This document shows positions 49,528 through 60,480 of a DNA stretch of 64,000 nt, piece by piece. Position numbers and translations under genes: made by a program. The stretch's first letter is position 1. Each line of letters opens with the position of its first letter. The notes under the pieces were generated by a model. That model had not been told where the DNA came from. It saw nothing but the letters and a program-made list of their open reading frames with translations, and did not search any database. Source of the DNA: Zygnema circumcarinatum SAG 698-1b (taxonomy: Eukaryota > Plantae > Zygnematophyceae); NCBI GenBank assembly GCA_037447605.1, contig CM074805.1:2017361-2081360 (forward strand). The letters are read 5' to 3'.

Positions 49528-52500
49528 ATGGCGCCGTTCCAGCTGGGGGGCTCGGCCCTCGCGTCCTCCGCGCTGCACGTGGCGCCCTCCTCCGCCTCCG
49601 CCTCCGCCCCCACCCCGGAGCCCCTGGCGAGCCATGGCGGGTGGGGAGCGGGAGCGGGAGCGGGGGCGGGGGCGGGAGCGGGGGCGGGGGCGGGGGCGGG
49701 GGCGGGGGCGGGGGCGGGGGCGGGGGCGGGGGCGGGGGCGGGGGCGGGGGCGGGGGCGGGGGTGCTGGCGTCGCGGCGCGTGCGGTACGTGTTCCTCGTG
49801 CTGAGCTTCGCGGCGCTGTACCTGCTGACGGCGCGCACGAGCCTGCTGCTCGCCTTCCGCAAGACCAACGCCTCGCCCGTCTGGCCGCCCAGCGGGATCG
49901 CGCTGACGGTCATCCTGCTGGTGGGCCCGCACATGTGGCCGGGCATCTTCCTCGGGGCCACGGCGGCCAACGTCTGGGTCTTCAGCTCCAACCTGGCCGG
50001 CCTGCGCCCCGCCTACGAGATCTTCCTCGCCTCCGTCTTCATCGGTACCTCTCCCTCTCTCTCGCGCTCTCTCTGTCTCTCTCTCTCTCATCTCTCGCTC
50101 TCTCTCTCTCTCTCTTTCTCTGTCTCTTTCTTTCTCTCTCCTGGCGCCTGCTCTCTCGCCGCGCGCTGATAGGACTTATCGCCTCTCTGGCGAGGAGTTA
50201 CAGAGAAGAACGCGGCTGGACAGGGCCGAAATGCGGTTAGGGTTTGGAAAAAAGGGGAGGAGGGAGGAGGGGACGCGGGAGAGGGTAGAAAGGAGAGTGG
50301 GATAGTATGGGAAAGGAGAGAGAAATGGAGAAGGAAAGCGGAGAGGAAGTTGTAGAGAGGAGAAGGGCAGACGAGGGACGAGGAGAGAAGGCGAGGAGTG
50401 GAGAGGGGTCAAGAAAGGAAATCCAAACAGATCGAATGCACGCAAGAGGGAAAGAGAAATGTCGAGAAGAGCAAAGGAAGGACGTTGCAGATAACTAATG
50501 ACCAGTTCAGATGTTTCTATCATAGTCTTGGCCCGCGAATTTATTAAACGGACAGACGTCAATCTATCATTTTAGTCGCTATGATCTCCATTTATTAGAC
50601 CAAGATCACATGTTCTGAAGGGAAGAAGAATCAGAAAAAGGGAAAGCAGGGAAAGGAACGATAGGGAGGGGCCGGAGAAAGACGATGAAACTGAGAAAGC
50701 AGATGAGAGTTTGTAGCGGAGGTAGTGGAAAAGGGTTTATTGATACTGAGAGCACTTGGTCTCTCTGGCGAAGATGTAGGGAGGGCAGAAAAAGAGTTTG
50801 AGTGAGGCCTTTGGAGAAAAGGGAGTTGCATTTTCAATTCGTCAGTTCTTGGCCTAGTGCGTATGAATCGGAGCCTTGGCTTGCAGCTGTGGAAACCACA
50901 GTGAAAGCTGCACTTTGTTCTTAAGTCCCATCAAAATTGACTGATCAATTCTACAAAAGAATCGATTTTAGCCATTTTGTTTTAAATCACAGCATGGGGG
51001 GCATGTGCAGTCCCCTTTGTACCTATGCATGCCCCGGATCACCTTCAGGCCCTTCTCTGAACTTGAGCATTGTCTTTCTCCCTCTCCCCTTGTCCCTCCC
51101 CCTTGGCATTTTGTCCGCATGTCTCCCACAGCCTTCATCGCCTGCTCCTGTCCCTACAAACGCTACTACTCTCTAACTTCCATTCCTAGCGCCTCAGTTC
51201 CGAGCATTTCCATCCCTGCCTAAAACTGTCCTGAATCCCCCCTCCACTCTTCTTCCNNNNNNNNNNCCTCCCTCCCTCCCTCCCTCCCTCCCCTCCCCGC
51301 AGGCCTCGGCAACGCCGGCGAAGCCCTTGCCGCGGGCGCCCTGGTGCAGCGGCTGATCGGGCGGCGCAGCCTCCCCGTGCAGACGGTGGACGGGTCCCTC
51401 AAGTTCCTGTGCATCTGCCCCCTCGCCTGCCTGGTCAGCTCCCTGGTCGGCTCGGTCACCCTCTGCATCTGGGCGGTCGCCCGCTGGGAGGCCTTCTCCA
51501 CGGTCTGGTTCACCTGGTGGCTCGGGGACTTCTCGGGCATGTTCACGGTCGCGCCCGCCATCATGGCGGTCTGCCACAGCCCCCCCCGCCGGGAGAGGGA
51601 GAGGGAGGGCAGTGGGCGGCAGTGGGGGAGGGTGCGGCTCTACCTCGAGCTCGTCTTCCTCTTCTGCTCGCTTGCGGGGCTCTGCACGCTCATATTCGGA
51701 GGCACGCTCGCCACGCGCTATGTGGTCTCGCTGCCGTACATGGTCATGCCCATGATCATATGGGTGGCATTCCGCTTCAACAGGTGAGGGGAGGGGGAGG
51801 GGATGGGGGAGGAAGGGGGAGGAGGAGGAAAGGGGTGAAGGTGGAGAGGATGGCGGGAGGGAAGGGAAGGGAAGGGAAGGGTGTGTAGGGATTTTTGCAG
51901 TTTTTAGGGTTGTGGTGCTGTGGCGGTGCAGGAGAGGTCTCCCCATGGCCATTCTCGTTGTCACAGGGGCGGCCATGTGGGGAGCCTGCCAAGAAGTGGG
52001 GCCCTTCCACCGCATTGAGCTCAACGAGTCTCTCCTGCAGGTGGGCTTAAGCGTTTCCTCGCTTGTGCGCCTTGAGTCCTTAGGCAGAGTAAAAAGGATG
52101 CAGGAGGTGGGAAGGGGCTGGGTAGCTCACAGCCATGGCTGCTGGAGCCTGCAGGTACAGCTGTTCAACTCAGTGGTGGCCATGATGGGTACTCTCCTTG
52201 CAGCGGCGGTGCGGGAGAGGAAGGACTCTCTAGACGCTCTCAATGCTCTCAATTGGTGAGCCCCCAATCGCTTTACAAGGCTCAAGGAGCCGGAGACTCT
52301 TTCTCTCTCTCTGACTCCTGCTACACGCACGGAACGCTGCTTCTCCTCCCCTAGCCATGGCGACTGAATAAGGACCGCTAGAACCCTCCCTAATTGCCAA
52401 GGATAAAAAGACATAAAAATGAAAACCGGAGTGCTGATCTCTACTCCTCTATGCATGCGATTGCTCTCCTCCTCCTCCTCCTCCTCCCCCGCCGCGCTGT

Positions 52501-55500
52501 GCCAATACTCTCCCCTCCTCCCGGCGGGTGCAGCACTCTGGAGCAGCGCGTGGCTGAGCGCACCACGGAGCTGCGCGCGCTGAACCAGAAGCTGATGAAG
52601 TCCCAGGAGGCGGCCTGGGCGGCGAGCCAGGCCAAGAGCCAGTTCCTCGCGAGCATGAGCCACGAGATCCGCACGCCCATCCACGGCATCCTCGGCATGG
52701 CGGACCTCACGCTCGACTCCCAGATCACCACCCAGCAGCGGGAGCAGCTCGAAACCGTCACGCAGTCGGCCAACCATCTTGTACCCCTCCCTCCCTCCCT
52801 CCCCCCTCCCTCTCCCCCCTCTGTCTCCTCCCTCTGTCTCTTCCCTTTGTCTCGTCCTGACGGTGGGCAGCGGGCGGGCGGGCGGGCGGCGCAGCTGATG
52901 ATCGTGAACGATATATTGGACATATCGAAGATCGAGGCGGGGAAGCTGGAGCTCGCGCGCGAGGCCTTCGCGGTGCGCGCGGTCCTCGCGGGGACCGTAC
53001 GGATGCTCGCCGGCCGCGCGCGCCAGAAGGGCCTCGTCTGCCGGTGGCGCGCGGACCCCCCCGTGCCCCTAGCGCTCCAGGGGGACCCCGCGCGCCTGCG
53101 CCAGTGCCTGGTGGGTACACACCCCCCGGCTGGCTGGCTGGGTGCACACGGCAAGGAAGGAGGCTTTGTGGTTTGGATCAGGCACAGTTTCGAGAAGCAA
53201 ATCTTGAGGACAGCTTGGGAACGCTGGTGGTCTGCAACGCAAAGTGGGGCACTGGACATGCTTCATGACGAACTTTGCACACACGCGCTCACACACATGC
53301 AAAACTACGCAACTGAGGCCGGCCAGTGCCATGGCTGCACGCGGCTGATGACTCGTCAGTTGACCCGTCTTCCCCTTGCGTGGGATGCAGGTGAACCTGG
53401 TCGGCAACGCGGTAAAGTTCACCTCGCAGGGCTCTGTGGAGGTGGAGGTGACGGTAGAAACGGCGGAAGGAGTGGCCCGGCGGCTCCCTCCCTTGTGGAA
53501 AATGGACACAGAGGGAGGGAGCAAGCTGGGGGGGCCCTCCAAGGAGGCGCAGAGGGGCCTGGAGACTGCGCCGGAGGGCGAAGCAGCGGCTCAAGAAGGG
53601 GATGGGGAGCCGCTCAAGGAGAGGGAGAGGGAGAGGGACGGGAGGGAGGAGAGGGACGGGGACGACGTCATTCTTCTCTTTGCTGTTAAGGACACAGGGA
53701 TAGGTGGGAACAAGCAGACCCTGCTCGTCTGTTTTGAGTCTATGTTTTACCGCATCACCGTCTGCTTGATCGCTCAAAACCGGCTCACATCTGAGTGGGC
53801 ATTTCTGTTGGGCTGGTCTGCCACCTCCAGGTGTGCCTGCAGACAAGCTTCAGGTGATATTCAGAAGCTTTGAGCAAGCGGATGCTTCGATGACACGGAT
53901 GTACGGTGGAACAGGTAGTTAAAATACTTTCCAAACAACGAGGAAAACATGTTATTTCTGCTGAGCTGGCGGTTGCACGTTGGTCAACTGAAAAAAAAAC
54001 AAAAAAGTGAAAAAGGTTTCCAGTGTACAATGCGGTTTCCAAAAATCTTTTGAAGCGCTTGTACCCAGAACTCCACTTGTAAAGTACCCTTAGGACCTAA
54101 AGAAATCTAAATTTTCAGCTACCCACTTGCAGGTCTGGGCCTCAGCATTACCTCAAGGCTTGTTGAGATGATGGGCGGCCAAATCTGGGTAGAGAGTGAA
54201 GTTGGGAAGGGCTCTACCTTCTACTTCTCTGCTAAGTTAAGGCGTCCTCCGGGACCCTCTACCTGCACCCTCCCAGAGGGAAGCTCTGACCACTCAGAGT
54301 GCTGCCCCTCAGAGTCCGCAAGACTGCCCGGCAGCTCCAAAAACTTAAACTCCTCTCAGACATCTGCAGGGGAAGTAGTAAGCCGTTCTGAAAACCCGTT
54401 ATTGGAAAGCAGAAAGGGATTAGAGCAGGACGAGCCGGTAGGGAGGGGAGAGAGAGAGAGAGAGGGAGAGGGGGAGGGAGAGGGAGGGAGCCGTGCAGAC
54501 GGCAGGAGTGGCAGTGGGGAGGGTCGAGTGGAGCAGACGGAGGAAGCCCAAGTTGCCGAGGAAAGCGTAGCTGCTCGTGCTCTAAATTTGCGACGCAGAA
54601 CAAAGTCAACAGCTTCTTCGGAGAATGCGGAGTGGTTGGAGCAGCAGACGGCTTGGGACGCTCAGACATGGCCCCCATTGTTCGCCAACTCCCAAGAAGG
54701 GCAGCAGCTGCACATACGGCGGTCGGCATCGACTGCAGCGGATATGAAGGCGGAAGTACAAAGGCTGAGAGAGAGAGAGATTGCCAAACTGAACAGCAGC
54801 AGTCGGAGGACACATTCCCGAGGACTGAGCTACCACTTTGGGCTTGGGAGGAAGCACCGGTTGGAGACACAAGGCAGTATGGACTCCTACCTTGTGGATG
54901 AAGCGTTGCCAGCAAAGGGAGGCAGTGAGGCAGCTCCAAAGGTGAAACGCACGTTGCTGCAAAGTCTAAGGAGTATTCCGGGAAGGTTAGGGGGGAGGGA
55001 TGGGAGTGCAGCCCAAAGTAGAAAATTACTTGAAGTCGAGCGAACGTCGTCCATACCAAACACCATAGTAGAACCAAGATCGCTGCAGTCAGCCTCCCGG
55101 GTTGAGAGGACATCATCCCTTCCACATCCTCTTGTACTGAGCATGCTCGCATTGCAGGGCCCGTATGCGGAACCACCGCCTGCTTCGACGAGTCCTCTCG
55201 TCTCAAAATCATCCTCACTACCAAATTCCTCAATGGAAACATCGCCCCAAATTCCACAACCTGTTGCCCAGGACCCCACCCCATTGCCTCTTCCTACTAC
55301 TGAAAAGTGCTCAGAAGAGGAGCCCCTGCAGGAGCAGGCCCTGCCCCCCCCTCTCCCTCTCCCTCTCCCTCTCCCCCCCCCTCCCCCTCTCCATGTCCCG
55401 GAGCTCCGTTTCCTGCTCGCGGACGACTCCCCCGTGAACCAGATGGTGGCCTGCCGGTACCTGCGCAAGAGGGGCCTCGAGGTGGACGCGGTGGGGGACG

Positions 55501-57078
55501 GCGCGCAGGTCCTGCACAAGCTGGAGGAGAGGCCCGGGCTGTACACCCTCCTGCTGCTCGACATTCAGGTGCTGCGCAATGCCGGGGAATCAGAAGGGAG
55601 AGAGGGAAGGGGGGGGGGAGAGGGGAGAGGGGAGAGGGGAGAGGGGAGAGGGGGGGAGAGGGGAGAGGGGAGAGGGGAGAGGGGAGAGGGGAGAGGGGGG
55701 AGAGGGGGAGAGGGGAGAGGGGGAGAGGGGAGAGGGGAGAGGGGGAGAGGGGGAGAGGGGAGAGGGGAGAGGGGAGAGGGGAGAGGGGAGAGGGGAGAGG
55801 GGAGAGGGGAGAGGGGAGAGGGGGGGAGAGGGGGGGAGCGGAGGGGGAGGCTGGTTGTTTCGTAGGTTCTGCTGGCGTGATTCGTTCGTTGAGAGGGTTT
55901 TCAATCGTTCTTCTTCATGGTATATAGCGCTGTTCTAAGGGAAACTGGTTTCTGCCTGTTTCTCTGCTCTGTGTGTTGTTTGTCTTGCAGATGCCAATAA
56001 TGGATGGTCTTGAAACCGTCAAAGCTATCCGTAAAAAGGAAAGGGAGACTGATCTATCTCATCTCCCCGTTATTGGTAAGCTTGCGCACCTCTGAAAATG
56101 GGAAACTTCCGAAAAAAAAATGATGTGCTACTCATGCACATCATCAATAGATTCTTTCTTTCCGCTCACTCGTGTCCTGCAGATGTTGATGTCCAACCCA
56201 AGTCCCATTTCCGCACTTTTAAAGGCTGTGTCTCCAGCATACAGGATGTCAGCTCGTCTTCGGCTGCCTATTACGAGGTCCCCTTTCATGTGTTGAAAAT
56301 GGGCACAGGCGTGTGGCACTTATTTTCCGTATTCTGTCAGTTCTTCTTCTTGTGCTAATTGCCATGGCTCGGCGCTGAGCAGGTCTTACAGCCCACGCCG
56401 CAGATGCGTTCCGAGAGAAGTGCCTCACTGCCGGCATGGATGCCTATCTCTCTAAGGTCAGTCCAAGCACTCTCCGTCCTTCTCCTTCTCCTTCTCTTTC
56501 TCCTTCTCCTTCTCCTTCTCCTTCTCCTACTTCTCTATCATTCCTTTTGAAGCCCTTCTGTGTTGAGTTGTATTTGTTGCATCCGGTAAATTTTTCTAGG
56601 TCTTCAAAGTACGAACGACATAGTATCTTTCAATCGCACTTCTGAAATGTTTGGCATCTAACTCCAGAGTAGCTTATGACCTTGTCGAAGAGCAGGTAGT
56701 CCGATTAGTTTGGTGACATGAGTGGGCTTCAATGGATCTGAAAGTGAAAAATACTCCTGGAAACACGTCTTAAATAAGTCATGTAGAGGATTCTGCCTTA
56801 TAGAAGAGCGCAGGGGCCTGGAAGTGGCTGAAGGAGTGTTCGAAAGAAAAGGAGAAAACTGTTCTATGTTTGTTTGCACTTCTTCCTTCCTCTGCACTGC
56901 AGGCGTCATATTTCAAAACCCTACTTTTTCCTGCTTGCTCTGTGACGCTGTGCAGCCGTTCTCCATGGACCAGCTTCTGACTGCCATCCAGGGGGTGCTG
57001 GAGGAGTACGGCCGGAGCCTGCCCAGCACCGCCTTTCCACTGACCCCCCGGCCTGCAGGACGGGGGACTGCTTCGTAA
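49528..57078 (+). CDS. MASE1-domain hybrid histidine kinase (MASE1-HisKA-HATPase_c-REC), ~1261 aa; exons 49528-50044, 51303-51783, 51932-52040, 52155-52255, 52534-52780, 52895-53110, 53391-53703, 53831-53914, 54133-55568, 55991-56075, 56383-56456, 56956-57078
   Basis: MASE1 motifs VWPPSGIAL and WWLGDFSG; H-box [12 protein letters not shown]; N-box [10 protein letters not shown]; G1 VKDTGIG; F-box FEQAD; G2 YGGTGLGL; REC LLADDS...LLDIQMP...LTAHA...MDAYLSKP. All intron phases are consistent. Confidence 0.95.
49645..49761 (+). repeat. (GGGGCG)n-type hexamer repeat encoding ~19 Gly-Ala dipeptides in kinase exon 1
   Basis: Direct reading, in frame. Confidence 0.9.
55600..55850. repeat. (GGGGAGA)n heptamer repeat in kinase intron 9
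   Basis: Direct reading. Confidence 0.95.
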
Positions 57079-58494
57079 AAAAAATTAAGAATTTCGTAGC
57101 CCATTCTTTTTCTCTTCGGACTGAACCGCAACCATTGGTATAAAAGGACTTCACAGCACATGCATGTGATATTCTAAGCTAGAAGAAACCAGTGGGGTAA
57201 GCGTAGTTGCCCCATTGATTAAAGCCATGCGAAGCAGCGGGGTTTGATAGGCATTAGGCGAGCAAACCTGCTGCAATTAGCGCTTAATAAAAAAAGCCTG
57301 CTTCAGAATGACGTGGAGCTAAGTTAGATACCGAGAGGCACGGGCGAAAGTGTTTTTTCACCTTGTGTTGAAGTCTTTACAGCGGCTGTTGGGACGCCAA
57401 CTTGAAATTGCATTGGACCCTCCCTTCACCCCGACCAAGGCTTTCGCTTCATTGCGGGGGCTGAGCCCTTACAAGGCCAAGGCACATGTTTGCAGGGGAA
57501 AGGAGAAGGTGATTTGATCTGACAATGGCGAGGCCATCAAATGTACATGAACAAACTCAAAATGGAGAACCAAGGTGAGATAAAAAACGACTTAGGAGCG
57601 AAAGAGATTTGTGCGTAACTCGGCTTTTGGGCCTAACAGCACGGCACGGCTCAAGAAGCAGTCGCCAAGGTCTTTCGTTTTTTCGGAAGGTCTTCGAAAA
57701 TCTGTTTCAATAAAGTCCAAGGCAGCATGCAGGACCTTGGAAACCGGGTCACCGGATGTTTCGTAAGCGCCACTCCATGGGGCTCACTGCCTGCCTGTAC
57801 ACGCGCTCCCTGCTGCGTTTCCATGCGTCACGGCGGTTTGTGGATTCAGTGCGGAGCTGATTGCTATCCCCTTCATTTTGTATTCATGCCTCTGCAAGTA
57901 TGAAATGTGATGGGAAGTTCTCGACAGCCTCGCGTCCACCCGTGTTCATGTCGAATACCTTTGATCGGTGGAATCTCCGGAGGTCGAAATACAAAGGCGG
58001 ATAGTCTTTCGAATTTCAAACCAACGTGTTGCAACTCCTTATTTCGCTCGTGGTGGGAACCTTGCTATGAAGGGTTTCTATTTTACTTGACGGAAGCCTC
58101 TAATCGCGCCTAATTCTTGAAAGGGAAGGCTGTCGCCATCGACTAGTTACTAAAGGAAAGTCAAAGCCGTCCACTAATTCCGAAAAAGCCATAGCCATAG
58201 ACTAATTACTAACAGGAAAGCAGCAGCCGTCAACCGGTCAACTCTGGCTAACTAGAAAGTGACTAAACACACACCACAAATCTTACTCACTCTAAGCCTC
58301 CTCATGTTTTAGTTTTAGCCATAATTTAGTTAGTCCGTCCCCCTGTTTAGGAGTGAGTTTTCTGCGTTAGTAAAAGCTCCAGTTAAGATTTTTTGGTCAA
58401 CTCGTCCCAATTAGAATTCTTGGTGCATCTCGCAACAACGTCCGGTCTTTCCTCGACCAACTTGGCGCCCCCCACCTCCTCGTACTCCGTTGCA

Positions 58495-58615
58495 CGATAC
58501 GATACGCCATGAACGATACGATAGAATAGGATGCGATACGATACGATATGAAAACTATTTAACAATACGATAGGATACGAAAAGATACGATACGATAATA
58601 TATAACGGTACGATA
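58495..58615. repeat. Degenerate (GATAC)n microsatellite
   Basis: Repeated GATACGATAC/GATAG units. Confidence 0.8.
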
Positions 58616-58629
58616 CACGTCGGGCCCTA

Positions 58630-59359
58630 TGGCCCTTAATTAAGGGGGACGACTATTTACAGTGTCCTTTTTCTGAATGTAGTGTACGTTTTCGCCGGGC
58701 AGCAAAAAAAAGGATTTTTTTGGCGAAAAATGCTGTTTCATATTTTTCAGAATAGATACAGACCTTTTATCGTCGGATGTACGAACGGTGATTTGAAATG
58801 TACGAAGCGAGCGCGTCTTCAAGGTATAAGGGCGCAGCACGTGGAGCGACATGATTGGTCGCGGCAACCTATGACGTGACAAGTATGTTTGGGACCGTGA
58901 CGTGACGAAACGAGACGCGAAAAAAGTGGAGTCCGCGGACGGCAGTCGGAAATGGCGGGAATTAAAACTGACAGAAAAAGTAGGGCACATAACGTAGCGT
59001 GTTTCAGGAAAAATCTGTCAGTTTTAATTCCCGCCATTTCCGACTGCCGTCCGCGGACTCCACTTTTTTCGCGTCTCGTTTCGTCATGTCACGGTCCCAA
59101 ACATACTTGTCACGTCATAGGTTGCCGCGACCAATCATGTCGCTCCACGTGCTGCGCCCTTATACCTTGAAGACGCGCTCGCTTCGTACATTTCAAATCA
59201 CCGTCCGTACATCCGACGATAAAAGGTCTGTATCTATTCTGAAAAGTATGAAACAGCATTTTTCGCCAAAAAAATCCTTTTTTTTGCTGCCCGGCGAAAA
59301 CGTACACTACATTCAGAAAAAGGACACTGTAAATAGTCGTCCCCCTTAATTAAGGGCCA
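58630..59359. mobile_element. Foldback/MITE palindrome: 346-bp arms, 38-bp spacer
   Basis: 58630-58975 is the reverse complement of 59014-59359 with about 3 mismatches by eye. Flanked by TA on both sides. Confidence 0.93.
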
Positions 59360-60480
59360 TACTATGACACGGTGGTGCGGTCCTGGCAGTTGGGAGGCTA
59401 CCGCACTCGGCTTTCGTCGGAAGGAGGCTGCGGCCGAGGGAGGGAGAACGAGAGAGAGAGAGGGAGGCCGGAGGGTGTAGCCGCCCGCCCGCCGCCCTCC
59501 GCCCGCCCTTCACCTTCCTAGAGAGCCGCGGTTAGGGGGAAGGGGAGGCCGCCTCCTCCCTCGTCATTCCTGACTCCTATGAGACGCGAGCAGCAGCAGG
59601 CGGCCTTCAAATGTGCGCACACCAAATCGCGCAACGGGTCGGATCAGTCCAACGCAAAACCGACGATGCAAGGCTTTGAAGGGCTTGCTCTACATTTTCA
59701 ACTTCTCAACATGTTTCCGCTGCAGACATGAGAAACGTCAGCAAAAAAAAGTCAGAAAAACTGTAAACATGAAAACAGTTAAGTTTTATTTGAAGGAATT
59801 CCAGTCATGAAAATGACCAAGTTTTGGTGTTTTGACCAAGCGGCCACTTTCAATTTTTTAAATTACATGATAGTTTAATACCTAGAGTCCTCAGCTGTGG
59901 CCTTCTGATTTTCTCAACTGGTTCTCTGTTTGCAACCTGGGCTCAGCCTGGTCAACAATTCAACACATCCAATTGACGGCCGAGCGGTACAGTGTCGGTT
60001 ATAAAATAAAACCCTCAACCCAAACTACAGCGGTTTGAAACCAGAAGGGGCAGGGGAAATGAAAAGCAGCCTTTCCAATTGTGGCATTCAGTCATTTCAC
60101 TACAAGCTTTGGTTTCGGAAGAATGAAGGTATCAAAGTATTCGCATTAAGGAATTTATTCGTTTCTTAGTTGTCTCAATTTACGAATCCCATAACTTATT
60201 TCAATTCTGTACTACCGTCTCTGCAGGGTAGCTCTGCTGCTCTACAGCCCAGCCCGGCCCCCCACCAAACACACCCCCAAACCTCCGCCAGCAGAGCCCC
60301 TCCTTGCAAATGAATTGCTGCTGAAGCACTCCAATATGTGCCAGCAGGAGCACACCGGGAGACGAACATCATCCCACTTTTCCCTACTCTATAAGACTGA
60401 AGTCATGCCATGCTATGGCCAGCACAGTCGACCAACCTCTGACTACATTTGCAGGTTACAGTACACTCTACACTACATCT

